A stretch of DNA of 64,000 nt from Candidatus Avilachnospira sp. (GCA_045652125.1 JAZRTT010000019.1:56337-120336), one strand, 5' to 3'. Counted from the first letter of the stretch, positions 29,551-39,542 are shown. Numbers and translations are program-made. The notes: generated from the sequence alone by a model not told the origin.

Positions 29551-30944
29551 GCCATTCCCTCCACTTCAAAATAAGGGAACCGTACTGTAAACCGGCTGCC
29601 GCCTTCCGGCCGCTGCTCTGCTTCGATCTGTCCAAAATTCCGCAGGACAAGTTCGTGGACGATACTCAAGCCAAGGCCGGAACCGCCGGCCTGTCTGGAC
29701 CGTGCTTTATCCACACGATAAAACCGCTCAAAAATATGCACCAAAGCATCCTCCGGAATCCCAATTCCGCTGTCCTCCACAACAATCAGCACATCCTCTT
29801 CCTGCCGCAGCAGACAAAGATGGACCAACCCGCCCTGACAATTGTATTTAATGGCATTTTCCACTAAATTGAAAATGATTTGGTACATATCATCTTCTAC
29901 CGTCAAAACGGTACATCCCGTCTCCATTTGGCTGGTAAGCCGTACCTCTTTTTGATCGGCCAAAGTCACCAGCATTTTGAACACTCTTCGGACAGTCTGG
30001 GAAAGATCCACCACCTCGTGCTCCTGCTTCACCGCCTCCGCCCGGGAAATGGCCAGAAGTTTCTGTGCCATTCTGGTGAGCCGGTCTGCCTCATTGCCGA
30101 TATCTGCAACAAACTCCCTCATGGTCTCGGTATCCATTTCGTTATGCAAAATAGAATCTGACAGAAGTTTTATGGATGCAAGAGGCGTTTTCAGTTCGTG
30201 GGATGCATCTGAGACAAACTGCCGCTGAGCGTTTTCTGAAATCTGGAGCCGGTCTGTCAATCTGTTGAATTCCCGTGCCAGACGTCCAAATTCGTCACTG
30301 CCGTGCATTTGTATTTTGTGACTGTATTCTCCGTCTCTGGCCTTTTCCATAGAGAGCAGGATCCGCCGCATCCGTTTGGAAGAAATCAGGCCAAACAGCG
30401 CCGAAAACAGTACGATTGCCAGTTCCACAGCCAGAGAAATACGAAATACATTGGCCTCCAAAGAGCGTATGATCGCACCCTGATCCGGATCTTCATCTGC
30501 TACATACACACAGCCCATCGGTTTGCCATACTGGACAATGGGAACCGCCGCATGGCCCACAACCACACCGTCCCGATAATGGCAATAACCCACATCATTT
30601 CCCTGAAGAGCCTCCACCGTTTCACGAAACAGCACGCACTTTCCCACAGCCGTCCGCTGCGTCAGTGAGTCATAAATTGCCACTCCGGCCCCGTCTGTGA
30701 TCAGCACACGGTCCACATTCAATTCGCCAAGCGCTGAAATGACCTGAGCGGTGTTGTCTGCATTAAGGTTATCCACACCGGAAAAAGACGCAGTAATCAG
30801 AAGTGCCTTATCCAACAGCGCTGCTGATTTGGTGCGGTAGATCAGCTCCCGGGTCGTCGTAGCAGAGTAGGTATTGAGAAACACCAGCATCAAAGAGGTC
30901 AGAAGCACATAAGCCACCGCATTGCGCAAATGGGAGCTGACCAA
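29547..30944 (-). CDS. Sensor histidine kinase (TM - extracytoplasmic domain - TM - HAMP - HisKA - HATPase_c)
   Basis: H-box FVSDASHELKTPL, N-box FNLVENAIKY, and G-boxes VEDSGIGIP and GGSGLGLSIV. Confidence 0.9.
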   Translation of the reverse strand: MVSSHLRNAVAYVLLTSLMLVFLNTYSATTTRELIYRTKSAALLDKALLITASFSGVDNLNADNTAQVISALGELNVDRVLITDGAGVAIYDSLTQRTAVGKCVLFRETVEALQGNDVGYCHYRDGVVVGHAAVPIVQYGKPMGCVYVADEDPDQGAIIRSLEANVFRISLAVELAIVLFSALFGLISSKRMRRILLSMEKARDGEYSHKIQMHGSDEFGRLAREFNRLTDRLQISENAQRQFVSDASHELKTPLASIKLLSDSILHNEMDTETMREFVADIGNEADRLTRMAQKLLAISRAEAVKQEHEVVDLSQTVRRVFKMLVTLADQKEVRLTSQMETGCTVLTVEDDMYQIIFNLVENAIKYNCQGGLVHLCLLRQEEDVLIVVEDSGIGIPEDALVHIFERFYRVDKARSRQAGGSGLGLSIVHELVLRNFGQIEAEQRPEGGSRFTVRFPYFEVEGMA

Positions 30945-30963
30945 AAAAGGAAACCGACGATTT

Positions 30964-31644
30964 TCAATCTTTGAAATAGTAGCCCACTCCCCACTTTGTT
31001 AAAATATGTGCCGGTTCTGCCGGATTCCGCTCCAGCTTTTCCCGCAGCCGGCGGATATGCACATCCACAGTACGGATCTCGCTGTGGTACTCATAGCCCC
31101 AAATTGTATCAAGCAGCATCTCTCTGGAGTAGACCCGATTGGGATTTCGCATGAGCAATTCCATCAGATCAAATTCCTTGGCGGTCAGATCCGTTAAAAC
31201 GCCGTCATTGTATGCGTTTCTGGCATCAACATCCAATGTAATGTTGCCCCGGGTCAACGCTGCCTGTTTGGATCCCGCCTTTCCACCGCCGGAACGGCGC
31301 AGCAGCGCACGGACACGGGCTTTCAGTTCCAGAATATTAAAGGGCTTGGTCAGATAATCATCCGCTCCGTGTTCAAATCCCATCAGCTTGTCCATGTCAT
31401 CGGCTTTCGCCGTGAGCATAATGATCGGCACATCTGAAAACTCCCGAATCCTCTGACATGCCTCCAACCCATCCATCCGGGGCATCATCACATCCAGAAT
31501 GATCAGATCCACCTGCTCCCGGGAGGCGATCTCCAGAGCTTCCTGCCCGTCACTGCCGGTCAATACTTCATGGCCATCATTTTCCAGGTTGAATTTGATG
31601 CCTTTTACCAGCAACTTTTCATCATCTACCACAAGAACTCTCAT
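30964..31644 (-). CDS. OmpR/PhoB-family response regulator
   Basis: Receiver domain (MRVLVVDDE...DLIILDVMMPRMDG...LTAK) plus a winged-helix trans_reg_C domain (LTAKEFDLMELL...VDVHIRRLREKL...TKWGVGYYF). Confidence 0.9.
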   Translation of the reverse strand: MRVLVVDDEKLLVKGIKFNLENDGHEVLTGSDGQEALEIASREQVDLIILDVMMPRMDGLEACQRIREFSDVPIIMLTAKADDMDKLMGFEHGADDYLTKPFNILELKARVRALLRRSGGGKAGSKQAALTRGNITLDVDARNAYNDGVLTDLTAKEFDLMELLMRNPNRVYSREMLLDTIWGYEYHSEIRTVDVHIRRLREKLERNPAEPAHILTKWGVGYYFKD

Positions 31645-32054
31645 TGTGCCCCTCCAATCGTAATGACCGATTCCATTTCCCGATAGCGTGTTTCCCCAAT
31701 ACCTCTGACGTCCATGATCTGCTCTTTTGATACAAATTCGCCGTGTTCCATCCGATATCCAATGATCCTGCCCGCCAGTTCAGGTCCGATCCCCGGCAAT
31801 TGTTCCAGTTCGGCCTGATTCGCCGTATTGATGTTCACCGGGTCCTCCCTCGTGGGTATTGGGGTCAGTCCCCCGTTCTTCTCTGCCGTCGTTTCTTCCT
31901 GCAAAGAAGCCATCTCATTCACAATCTTTGCAGGTTCCGCAGTCACCGCAATCTGTGTCTTTCCGCTGCCGTTTCCCATCAAATATCCCAACGAAAAAGC
32001 CAGACACAGCAGCAGAACACCGTAGGCTGCCAGAGGCACCTGTTTTCTGTTCAA
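31641..32054 (-). CDS. ComEA-like helix-hairpin-helix DNA-binding protein with N-terminal TM anchor
   Basis: C-terminal tandem HhH (VNINTANQAELEQLPGIGPELAGRIIGYRMEHGEFVSKEQIMDVRGIGETRY). The stop overlaps the response-regulator start (ATGA). The start is uncertain: TTG at 32054, behind GAAGGTGGTG, is favoured, but the ORF is open up to 32132. Confidence 0.65.
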   Translation of the reverse strand: MNRKQVPLAAYGVLLLCLAFSLGYLMGNGSGKTQIAVTAEPAKIVNEMASLQEETTAEKNGGLTPIPTREDPVNINTANQAELEQLPGIGPELAGRIIGYRMEHGEFVSKEQIMDVRGIGETRYREMESVITIGGAQ

Positions 32055-32155
32055 CTGAAACACCACCTTCGGTTCATTGACATTGAGACATAATTTGATA
32101 TAATTATAACACACAATAAACCCTGTCGGCAACGCCGAATGATATAGGAGATACC

Positions 32156-33589
32156 ATGAAATTCAGAAAATTTATTTCCATTCTGCTGCTTTTGACCCTT
32201 TTGTTCACTCTGTCCCTGCCGATTTTTGCCGCAGAGCAGAAAGAAACGGAGGAAGAGCCCATCTCGGAAGAAGAAGCTGCGGAGGACGGAATTTTTCGCT
32301 CGCCTGTAGGTGCTGCACTTCTCATCGAAACTTCCACGGGAACGGTTCTATACGAAAAAAACGCCGATGAGCAGCGTTTTCCTGCCAGTCTCACCAAAAT
32401 CATGACCTGCATGCTGCTTTTGGAATATGGAAATCTGAACGATATCGTTACCGTTTCCCAATCTGCGCTGGATGGGATGGAAATGGGTTCCTCCATCGGA
32501 GACAACCATTTGGAAGTCGGCGAACAGATGCGCTTTGAAGACATGATCTACCTGATGATGCTGGAAAGTGCCAATGAAGCCTGTATTGCATTGGCAGAAT
32601 ACGTCTCCGGCAGTGTAGAGGAGTTCGTCGCCCTGATGAACCATAAGGCCGCTGAACTGGGATGTACGAATACCAATTTTGTCAATCCCCACGGTCTCCA
32701 TGACGAAAACCATTACACCACCGCCAACGACCTTCAAAAAATCGTAGAAAAGGCATTGGAAAACGAGACTTTCCGCACCATTACCAACACCGCCACTTAT
32801 GTCCTGCCGGCCACCAATTTCCATGAAGGCCGCACGCTTTATTCCACCAATCAGCTCATCAACAAAGACATGGGTGGCAATCACTACTATTATTCCAAGG
32901 CATCCGGGGTAAAGACCGGCTTTACCACACCGGCAGGCCGCTGCCTGATCACCACCGCCACCGATGGCAATTTGAACCTGCTTTCCATTCTGCTCGGTGC
33001 CGAGACCATGCCGGATGAAAACGGAAACTGGGTTTACCGCAGCTTTCCCGAAACCATTAACTTGTGTGAATGGGGTTTTGAGAATTACCGCATTTCCACC
33101 GTAATGAGCACCCTTTACCCTGTGGCGGAAATTCCCGTGAACATGGCAGCCGGCGCACAAACTGTGGCGCTGGCCCCCGTGGAGGAAGTTCGCACGCTGA
33201 TCGAAAGCAATTATGACCCGTCACTGATGGTTCTGGACATAACCCTCAGTGCCGACAGCGTAGACGCACCTGTGGAGGCAGGGCAGATCTTGGGTGCCGT
33301 CACCGTTTCCTACGAAGGGAAAGTCCTTGGCTCCAGCAAGCTGGCAGCCATCACCTCTGTTTCCCGTTCCGAAATCACCCGTCAGGCCAACGAAGCTGCC
33401 GTCTATGTGGCGGAAAACTGGTGGCGCTGGCTGGTCGGTATTCTTCTGGCCATCGCCGTAGTGATCATCATATGTCTGCTTCTTCAGCAATACCGCCGCC
33501 GGCAGCAGCGCAAGCGTAAAGTCGCTGCCCGCCGCAGGGCATTGGAGCTGCAGCGGCGCCGCAGAGAATGGCACCTGCCGGAAGATTAA
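32156..33589 (+). CDS. Serine-type D-alanyl-D-alanine carboxypeptidase (peptidase S11, DacA/DacF-like) with C-terminal TM and Arg-rich tail
   Basis: Signal peptide, SxxK (ASLTKIMT), SAN (ESANEA) and KTG (VKTGFT), a PBP5 C-terminal domain, then WWRWLVGILLAIAVVIIICLLL and RRRQQRKRKVAARRR. Confidence 0.85.
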   Translation: MKFRKFISILLLLTLLFTLSLPIFAAEQKETEEEPISEEEAAEDGIFRSPVGAALLIETSTGTVLYEKNADEQRFPASLTKIMTCMLLLEYGNLNDIVTVSQSALDGMEMGSSIGDNHLEVGEQMRFEDMIYLMMLESANEACIALAEYVSGSVEEFVALMNHKAAELGCTNTNFVNPHGLHDENHYTTANDLQKIVEKALENETFRTITNTATYVLPATNFHEGRTLYSTNQLINKDMGGNHYYYSKASGVKTGFTTPAGRCLITTATDGNLNLLSILLGAETMPDENGNWVYRSFPETINLCEWGFENYRISTVMSTLYPVAEIPVNMAAGAQTVALAPVEEVRTLIESNYDPSLMVLDITLSADSVDAPVEAGQILGAVTVSYEGKVLGSSKLAAITSVSRSEITRQANEAAVYVAENWWRWLVGILLAIAVVIIICLLLQQYRRRQQRKRKVAARRRALELQRRRREWHLPED

Positions 33590-33602
33590 ACCGGAGGTCA
33601 CT

Positions 33603-34202
33603 ATGGATTGGGCTACTTTACAGGCAGCTTGCCTGGAATGTCGGAAATGTGATTTGTGTACACAGCGCAGCCATGTGGTTTTTGGTGTGGGACCCAAAGA
33701 TACAGAGATTCTCTTTGTCGGAGAAGGCCCCGGTCAGCAGGAAGATCTGCTGGGGGAACCTTTTGTGGGTGCTGCCGGTCAGTTTTTAGACAATATGCTT
33801 TCCATTATCGGCTTGGGCAGACATAACTGCTATATTGCAAACATTGTGAAATGCCGTCCGCCGCAGAACAGAGATCCTCTGCAGATCGAACAGGATGCCT
33901 GTATGCCATGGCTGCGGATGCAAACCAAGCTCCTGCGTCCCAAGATCATCGTATGTCTGGGACGGATCGCCGCCATGAAGCTCATCCGGGAGGATTTTAA
34001 GATCAGCCGGGAGCATGGACAGTGGACGGAAAAAGGCGGCATTTGGTTTACTGCCATATATCACCCTTCTGCCCTGCTGCGGGACGACAGCAAACGTCCC
34101 GATACATTCCGGGATCTGAAATCCCTGCAGGCCAAGATACAGGAAGTCTGCCAGTATCCGGAACGCTATCTTCCGGAGAAAACGGTATTTTCTCCGCCAT
34201 AA
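33603..34202 (+). CDS. Uracil-DNA glycosylase, family 4
   Basis: Fe-S Cys cluster (CRKCDLC), GEGPGQQED, and NIVKCRPP...YHPSALLR motifs. Confidence 0.8.
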   Translation: MDWATLQAACLECRKCDLCTQRSHVVFGVGPKDTEILFVGEGPGQQEDLLGEPFVGAAGQFLDNMLSIIGLGRHNCYIANIVKCRPPQNRDPLQIEQDACMPWLRMQTKLLRPKIIVCLGRIAAMKLIREDFKISREHGQWTEKGGIWFTAIYHPSALLRDDSKRPDTFRDLKSLQAKIQEVCQYPERYLPEKTVFSPP

Positions 34203-34207
34203 CAGCT

Positions 34208-34256
34208 AAAAAAGTGTGTCATTTTCGGCAGCCGCCTGAAAATGACACACTTTTTT
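34208..34256. terminator. Bidirectional rho-independent terminator between udg and gatD
   Basis: A-run, GTGTGTCATTTTC / GAAAATGACACAC 13-bp stem, then TTTTTT. Confidence 0.85.
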
Positions 34257-34269
34257 ATTATCCGTTTCT

Positions 34270-34998
34270 TTATTTTGCCGACAGCCGATGCTCCATATAA
34301 TCGTGGGCGTTCTGCTCCAAGGCATCGTTTAACGGCTGCAGGTCTGCCTGTCCGTATTTCCGAGCCAGAGCCGTATGGAGAATATAGTCACAGAGAACCG
34401 GGTTCTTGGGAAGCAAACATCCGTGGGAGTAAGTGCCGAACAGATTGTTATATCGAACTCCCTCTGTGCCGTCCGTACCATTATTGCCGTGGCCGGTGAG
34501 AATTTTACCCAAAGGCTTCAATCCGCTGCCAAGATACGTGCGGCCGGAATGATTTTCAAAGCCTACCACCGTGGTTTCCGGTTCTTCGCACAAAAAGGAA
34601 TAGTCACCGGTCATTCGGTTTTTTCCCTCTTCCGTATACAGATCCAAAATGCCCGTGAGCTCGTATTTCCTGCCGTCCAATGTCTCATAATACCGGCCAA
34701 GCAACTGGTAGCCGCCGCAAATGGCAAGGAGTGTTTTTCCGTCCTCCACCGCCCCTTTCAATTGCTCTGACTTTCCGCCGTTCAAGTCGGCCAAAAGTGC
34801 GTCCCGGTCAAAATTCTGACCGCCGCCGATAAAAAACAGGTCAAAATCCGATGCATTCAGTTTTTCACCCAAAGGCAAACCCGTGGTGGTCACATCGATG
34901 CCCCGCCACTGCAGCCGTTTCTCCATGCAGATGATATTGCCCCGGTCTCCGTAGAGATTGAGGACATCAGGATAGAGGTGACAGATTTTCAGTTCCAT
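34270..34998 (-). CDS. gatD: Lipid II isoglutaminyl synthase, glutaminase subunit GatD (CobQ-type GATase)
   Basis: MELKICHLYPDVLNLYGDRGNI..., catalytic Cys context LLAICGGYQLLG, and a position immediately after murT. Confidence 0.85.
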   Translation of the reverse strand: MELKICHLYPDVLNLYGDRGNIICMEKRLQWRGIDVTTTGLPLGEKLNASDFDLFFIGGGQNFDRDALLADLNGGKSEQLKGAVEDGKTLLAICGGYQLLGRYYETLDGRKYELTGILDLYTEEGKNRMTGDYSFLCEEPETTVVGFENHSGRTYLGSGLKPLGKILTGHGNNGTDGTEGVRYNNLFGTYSHGCLLPKNPVLCDYILHTALARKYGQADLQPLNDALEQNAHDYMEHRLSAK

Positions 34999-35007
34999 AT
35001 GCCCCTC

Positions 35008-36378
35008 CTATTCCCAGAAAGCTTTGAAACCGTAGTTTTTACTGATGGTCGTCCGCAGATCCAACATAGCGGTATAGGTCGGCATAATAAACGCAGGTTT
35101 TCCTGCCGCTACGCAGGCGCGGGTCAAATCTCCGTAATCCCGAATCACCCGAATCTTGTCCTCCGGCACTCCGGCATACTTAAATCGCATGGCCATATCA
35201 TCGGCACGACCGCCGGAGACCAAAACCTCAGACAGCGTATCCCCCATCTGTACCAGCCGCTCAAAATCCACATCCCAGATCCAACTGATATCTCTCCCAT
35301 CCTGCGTGTGATCACTAAGGCAGGTAGCAAAGACAAACGGCTCCGTCATATCGGTGAGAAAATTAAGCACCTGATTGCATCCGGCAGGATTCTTGATCAA
35401 GATCATCCGCAGGCTGGCTCCATCGATCTCAAATTTCTCCATGCGGCCAAAACCACAGGAGAAAGAGGACAATGCCGCAGCAGCCACCGTCAGATCCAAA
35501 TCCAATGCCTTCGCCGCAGCCATGGCGGAACAAGCATTATAAATATTGTAGCCGCCGGGAATATGAATGACAGCAGGATACTCCTCGCCATCTGCAGTTA
35601 CAACGATTTGGGACCGATCCGCATCAGAGCAGACGACTTCCTTTACGCTGACCTGAGGCTGCGGCCTTGCCCTGCCGCAGTTCGGGCAGCGATAACCGCC
35701 CAGATGACCGTAGGTCACATAGTCATAGACATATTCATGTCCGCACGCGGGACAATAAGGTGCATCAGACAATTCTGCCACCCGTGTCTTATAGATGGGG
35801 GTATCCACACCATAATACAGCACAGGGTTGTCAACGGTCTGTGATAAAGACCCGGACAGGGAGTCATCTGCATTGAGACACAACACCGCGTCCTTGCAAT
35901 TGACCACGCCCTGACGGATATTTTCCAATGTGCCGGCCACTTCACCATAGCGATCCAACTGATCCCGGAACACATTGGTGACCACCACGGCTTTCACCGA
36001 CAAATATTTGCTGATCAGCTTAAATGCACCTTCATCGGCTTCGATGACGGCGTAATCATATTTGCACTTGCCTGTCATTGACGAGTGCATGACAAATTCC
36101 GCGGTTACACCACTGAGCAGGTTCGCACCGGATTTATTGGCAAAGTAAGAGTTTCCGGAATCGGCAAGCATCTGCTCCACCATGCGGGAGGTCGTGGTCT
36201 TGCCGTTGGTGCCCGTGACCACAATGGCGGTCACGTTCTTTGCCAGATATCCCAGTACGCCGGGGCATAACTTCAGGGCTACACGGCCCGGAAAGTCTGT
36301 GCCGCCTCTGCCCAGTAAGCGCAGAGCAAACCGGGTGAATTTGCAGGCGAGAACGGAAATTGATACTCGAATATTCAT
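35008..36378 (-). CDS. murT: Lipid II isoglutaminyl synthase, MurT subunit (Mur ligase family with DUF1727)
   Basis: VTGTNGKTTTS P-loop and the Cys4 ribbon CPACGHEY...YRCPNCG characteristic of MurT, plus a C-terminal DUF1727-like region. Confidence 0.85.
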   Translation of the reverse strand: MNIRVSISVLACKFTRFALRLLGRGGTDFPGRVALKLCPGVLGYLAKNVTAIVVTGTNGKTTTSRMVEQMLADSGNSYFANKSGANLLSGVTAEFVMHSSMTGKCKYDYAVIEADEGAFKLISKYLSVKAVVVTNVFRDQLDRYGEVAGTLENIRQGVVNCKDAVLCLNADDSLSGSLSQTVDNPVLYYGVDTPIYKTRVAELSDAPYCPACGHEYVYDYVTYGHLGGYRCPNCGRARPQPQVSVKEVVCSDADRSQIVVTADGEEYPAVIHIPGGYNIYNACSAMAAAKALDLDLTVAAAALSSFSCGFGRMEKFEIDGASLRMILIKNPAGCNQVLNFLTDMTEPFVFATCLSDHTQDGRDISWIWDVDFERLVQMGDTLSEVLVSGGRADDMAMRFKYAGVPEDKIRVIRDYGDLTRACVAAGKPAFIMPTYTAMLDLRTTISKNYGFKAFWE

Positions 36379-36538
36379 GAAGTTGTTATACCATATTCCT
36401 TAAAAAAATACAACCCGAAAAGAAATAACTTCTCTTCTCTCAAGCCGAGAAGTTTACAAATTGTAAATTTTTATTGGAAAGGCTTGTCTGCTGTGTCGAA
36501 TTTTGTTATACTAAGCATATTAAGATAAGGAGAAGGCT

Positions 36539-37294
36539 ATGAAATTCATTTCCTGGAATGTCAATGGTCTGCGTGCTTGCCTGCAAAAAGGGTTTCTGGA
36601 TTTTTTCCGCGCCGCAGATGCCGACTTTTTCTGTCTGCAAGAAACGAAGCTCCAAGCAGGTCAGGTGGATTTGGAACTGCCGGACTACCACCAATTCTGG
36701 AATTATGCCGAAAAGAAAGGTTATTCCGGTACGGCTGTCTTTGCCAAAGAGCAGCCGATGAATATCACTTACGGTCTGGGTGTCCCGGAGCTGGACACAG
36801 AGGGTCGCTGCATTACGCTGGAATATCCCGGTTTTTATCTTGTAAACTGCTATACCCCCAATGCCCAAGACGGGCTGAAGCGGCTAGATCACCGCATGGC
36901 ATGGGATCAGTCCTACCGCGCCCATCTGCAAAAACTCGATGCCGTCAAGCCGGTGATCGCCTGTGCCGATTACAATGTGGCGCATCAGGAGATGGATTTG
37001 AAAAATCCCGGTCCCAACCGGGGCAATGCCGGTTTCTCCGATGAAGAACGTGCTTGCTTTACAGCCCTGCTTCAAGCAGGCTTTACCGATACGTTCCGCT
37101 TCCTAAATCCCCATAAAACAGGTGCCTATTCCTGGTGGAGCTACCGCTTCAATGCCAGAAAAAATAACGCCGGTTGGCGTATTGACTATTTTTTAGTCTC
37201 TGACCGGCTGAAGGAAACTATAACCGAAACCCCCATTTTTTCAGATATATTTGGTTCTGACCACTGCCCTGTGGGGCTTTTGATCGAGGTGTAA
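36539..37294 (+). CDS. xth: Exodeoxyribonuclease III
   Basis: MKFISWNVNGLRA...FCLQETK...DYNVAH...SDHCPV. Confidence 0.9.
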   Translation: MKFISWNVNGLRACLQKGFLDFFRAADADFFCLQETKLQAGQVDLELPDYHQFWNYAEKKGYSGTAVFAKEQPMNITYGLGVPELDTEGRCITLEYPGFYLVNCYTPNAQDGLKRLDHRMAWDQSYRAHLQKLDAVKPVIACADYNVAHQEMDLKNPGPNRGNAGFSDEERACFTALLQAGFTDTFRFLNPHKTGAYSWWSYRFNARKNNAGWRIDYFLVSDRLKETITETPIFSDIFGSDHCPVGLLIEV

Positions 37295-37295
37295 A

Positions 37296-38627
37296 ATGAA
37301 AATACGCAAACGAATGATTACTCTGTTTTTATGCTTGGGGCTTCTGGCCTGTTCCATACCCACGGCGATTGCTGACGGCAATTTTTCCGGTGTTTCTGAC
37401 TGGTTCAAGCCCAGTCTCAGTGAAATGCAGGAACTGAAGCTCCTGCCCTCATCTTTTTCCGGGCTTGACCTTTCAGCCAACATCACCCGGCAGGAAATGT
37501 GTCTGCTGGCTGTCCACGCTCTGGAGGTGATCACAGGCTATACCATCGAACCGGAGCGCAGTGACTACTTCTCCGATACTGCAGCCGCTCCCATTGTAAA
37601 AGCCTATGAGCTGGGTATCGTCAGCGGTTATCCGGATGGTACCTTCAAACCCGGTAACTACCTGACCCGTCAGGAATTCTTTAAGATCGTGGAGAACTTC
37701 TGTAATGCCGCCGCTTTTCTTCCTACCGCCGAAGGCAATTATCTGGTGAGTTTTACCGATGCCGCTTCCGTAGCCAACTGGGCCAATAATGCCGCCCAGA
37801 TCTGTGTGAAGTACGGCTATGTCAACGGCCGCGGCTATGGAGATAAGGCATATCTGGAGCCTTCCGGCTTTGCCACCCGTCAGGAAGCCATGGCCATGTT
37901 CCTGCGTGCCTTTAAGAGTGTCAATGAGTACTACTACTTCATCAAAAACGCACAGGTCGTGGTAGACGAAAACAACGGTTCCTCCGGTATCACCGGCGAA
38001 AACTCCGTTGTGGACAATGTTCAGATCACCGGTATGGACAAGCATGTAATGGTCACTTCCAACGGCCTGAATATCCGCTCCGGCTGGTCTACCAATTCCA
38101 CGGTTCTCGGTACTGTCAGCTACGGCACCGATCTCACCGTCACCGGAATATGTGAAAACGGCTGGGTGCAGATTCTCTACAAGGGGCAGACGGCATATGT
38201 CAGCGGCGAACACGTTTCCGACTACCAGCAGATCAGTCAGGACGCCAGCCAAGGTGCATTGGAAATCACCAATTTTGCCATGACCTTCGTAGGCTATCCC
38301 TATGTCTACGGTGCAGAGCACCCGGACTATGGCTTTGACTGCTCCGGTCTGGTGTATTACTGTTTCGGGCAGTACGGTCACAATCTCAAACGCACCGCCG
38401 ACGATCAAATGAAACATAACGGAACAGCCGTCTCCCGTGACAGCCTGCAGGTAGGCGATCTGGTCTTTTTCGGAAACGGCTCCTACGCAAACCACGTTGG
38501 TATCTACATCGGCAACAACAACTTCGTCCACGCAGCCAACCCGTCCTCCGGTGTTCGTGTATCCTCCATGAACGAAACATATTACGCCAACCGCTATTTA
38601 GGTGCCAGACGAATCCTCACCGACTGA
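37296..38627 (+). CDS. Cell-wall hydrolase: signal peptide - three SLH repeats - SH3b - NlpC/P60 endopeptidase
   Basis: SLH-type repeats ending in ITRQE/LTRQEF/ATRQEA. SH3-like segment GLNIRSGWSTNSTVLGTVSYGTDLTV..ENGWVQILYKGQTAYV. NlpC/P60 catalytic region with YGFDCSGLVYY...ANHVGIYIG. The start lies 1 nt after the xth stop. Confidence 0.85.
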   Translation: MKIRKRMITLFLCLGLLACSIPTAIADGNFSGVSDWFKPSLSEMQELKLLPSSFSGLDLSANITRQEMCLLAVHALEVITGYTIEPERSDYFSDTAAAPIVKAYELGIVSGYPDGTFKPGNYLTRQEFFKIVENFCNAAAFLPTAEGNYLVSFTDAASVANWANNAAQICVKYGYVNGRGYGDKAYLEPSGFATRQEAMAMFLRAFKSVNEYYYFIKNAQVVVDENNGSSGITGENSVVDNVQITGMDKHVMVTSNGLNIRSGWSTNSTVLGTVSYGTDLTVTGICENGWVQILYKGQTAYVSGEHVSDYQQISQDASQGALEITNFAMTFVGYPYVYGAEHPDYGFDCSGLVYYCFGQYGHNLKRTADDQMKHNGTAVSRDSLQVGDLVFFGNGSYANHVGIYIGNNNFVHAANPSSGVRVSSMNETYYANRYLGARRILTD

Positions 38628-39044
38628 TCCGATCCATTCCGGCTGAAGCCTCAGCCGCCAAAAGCCGTCCTTGATCTCAAAAAAGCAGATCAGCGGTTCA
38701 CAGGGACAAGGTTCTTCCGGTCTGTACGGAAACAGCAGGACATCCTCCTGCCTCATACACTGTATCGGCTGTTCCAGAAGCCGACCGTTCCAAACATCAT
38801 AAGGAGACAGGGAGAACTGATTGATTTGTTCCAAAGCAGGAACAGATTTCTTGGACACCATACGCCGACAGGTAAGCGTGTTTCCGTCTTGTTCCAGAAC
38901 TGCCAGCCGGTCAGCACCGCAATACAGCCGTTCCACCCGGTCAGACAATATTTCACAGCAACATTCCACCAGCCAGTATAACCCCTGATCTGTAACGGTA
39001 CAATGTCCCACAGTCTGCCCCATATGTATCACAGGATATTCCAT
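38598..39044 (-). CDS. Cys-rich hypothetical protein (149 aa) downstream of mazF
   Basis: ATG at 39044 with GGAGGAAGGG upstream, 58 nt after the mazF stop. No recognisable family. The 3' end overlaps the convergent hydrolase gene by 30 nt. Confidence 0.45.
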   Translation of the reverse strand: MEYPVIHMGQTVGHCTVTDQGLYWLVECCCEILSDRVERLYCGADRLAVLEQDGNTLTCRRMVSKKSVPALEQINQFSLSPYDVWNGRLLEQPIQCMRQEDVLLFPYRPEEPCPCEPLICFFEIKDGFWRLRLQPEWIGSVGEDSSGT

Positions 39045-39102
39045 TTCCCTTCCTCCCATAAGCAAAGTCACTCTCATAGACTCTATGAGAGTGACTTTGT
39101 GT

Positions 39103-39462
39103 TTATTCCGCTGTCGGCAGGCCGAAACTGACTGCGATCGCACTGTCGATCTGGTTCATGACCTGATCATCCACATGACCCATATGTTCCCGGAGACGGC
39201 GTTTGTCAATGGTACGAATTTGCTCCAGAAGTACAATCGAATCCCTGGTCAGCCCCACATCACGCCCCGTCAGAGGAATGTGGGTCGGCAGTTTTGCTTT
39301 TCCGGTCTGGCTGGTGATCGCCGCCGCAATGACCGTTGGAGAATGCCGGTTTCCCGTATCGTTCTGCACGATCAAAACAGGCCGGGTCCCTCCCTGCTCG
39401 CTGCCCACAACGGGACTGAGGTCTGCGTAGAAAATATCGCCTCGTTTTACATTGGTATCCAT
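39103..39462 (-). CDS. mazF: Type II toxin MazF/EndoA (PemK family mRNA interferase)
   Basis: VKRGDIFYADLSPVVGSEQGGTRPVLIVQNDTGNRHSPTVIAAAITSQTGKAKLPTHI...RDSIVLLEQIRTIDKRRL is near-colinear with B. subtilis EndoA (NdoA) and sits downstream of alr as in Bacillus. ATG at 39462 is preferred over GTG at 39471. Confidence 0.9.
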   Translation of the reverse strand: MDTNVKRGDIFYADLSPVVGSEQGGTRPVLIVQNDTGNRHSPTVIAAAITSQTGKAKLPTHIPLTGRDVGLTRDSIVLLEQIRTIDKRRLREHMGHVDDQVMNQIDSAIAVSFGLPTAE

Positions 39463-39542
39463 TGGCTTCACACTCCGCGAGTAAAGTGACGCACCGATCG
39501 CCTATGGCGAATGGGCTACTCATATTCTCCCACGCAGCGGCA

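Noticed and set aside
36379-36538. The divergent murT/xth intergenic region, which contains an 8-bp hairpin (AACTTCTC...GAGAAGTT). Considered as a regulatory RNA.
   Set aside because: The stem is short and isolated with no flanking conserved features. The region is adequately explained by two divergent promoters, including a TGtTATACT extended -10 for xth.
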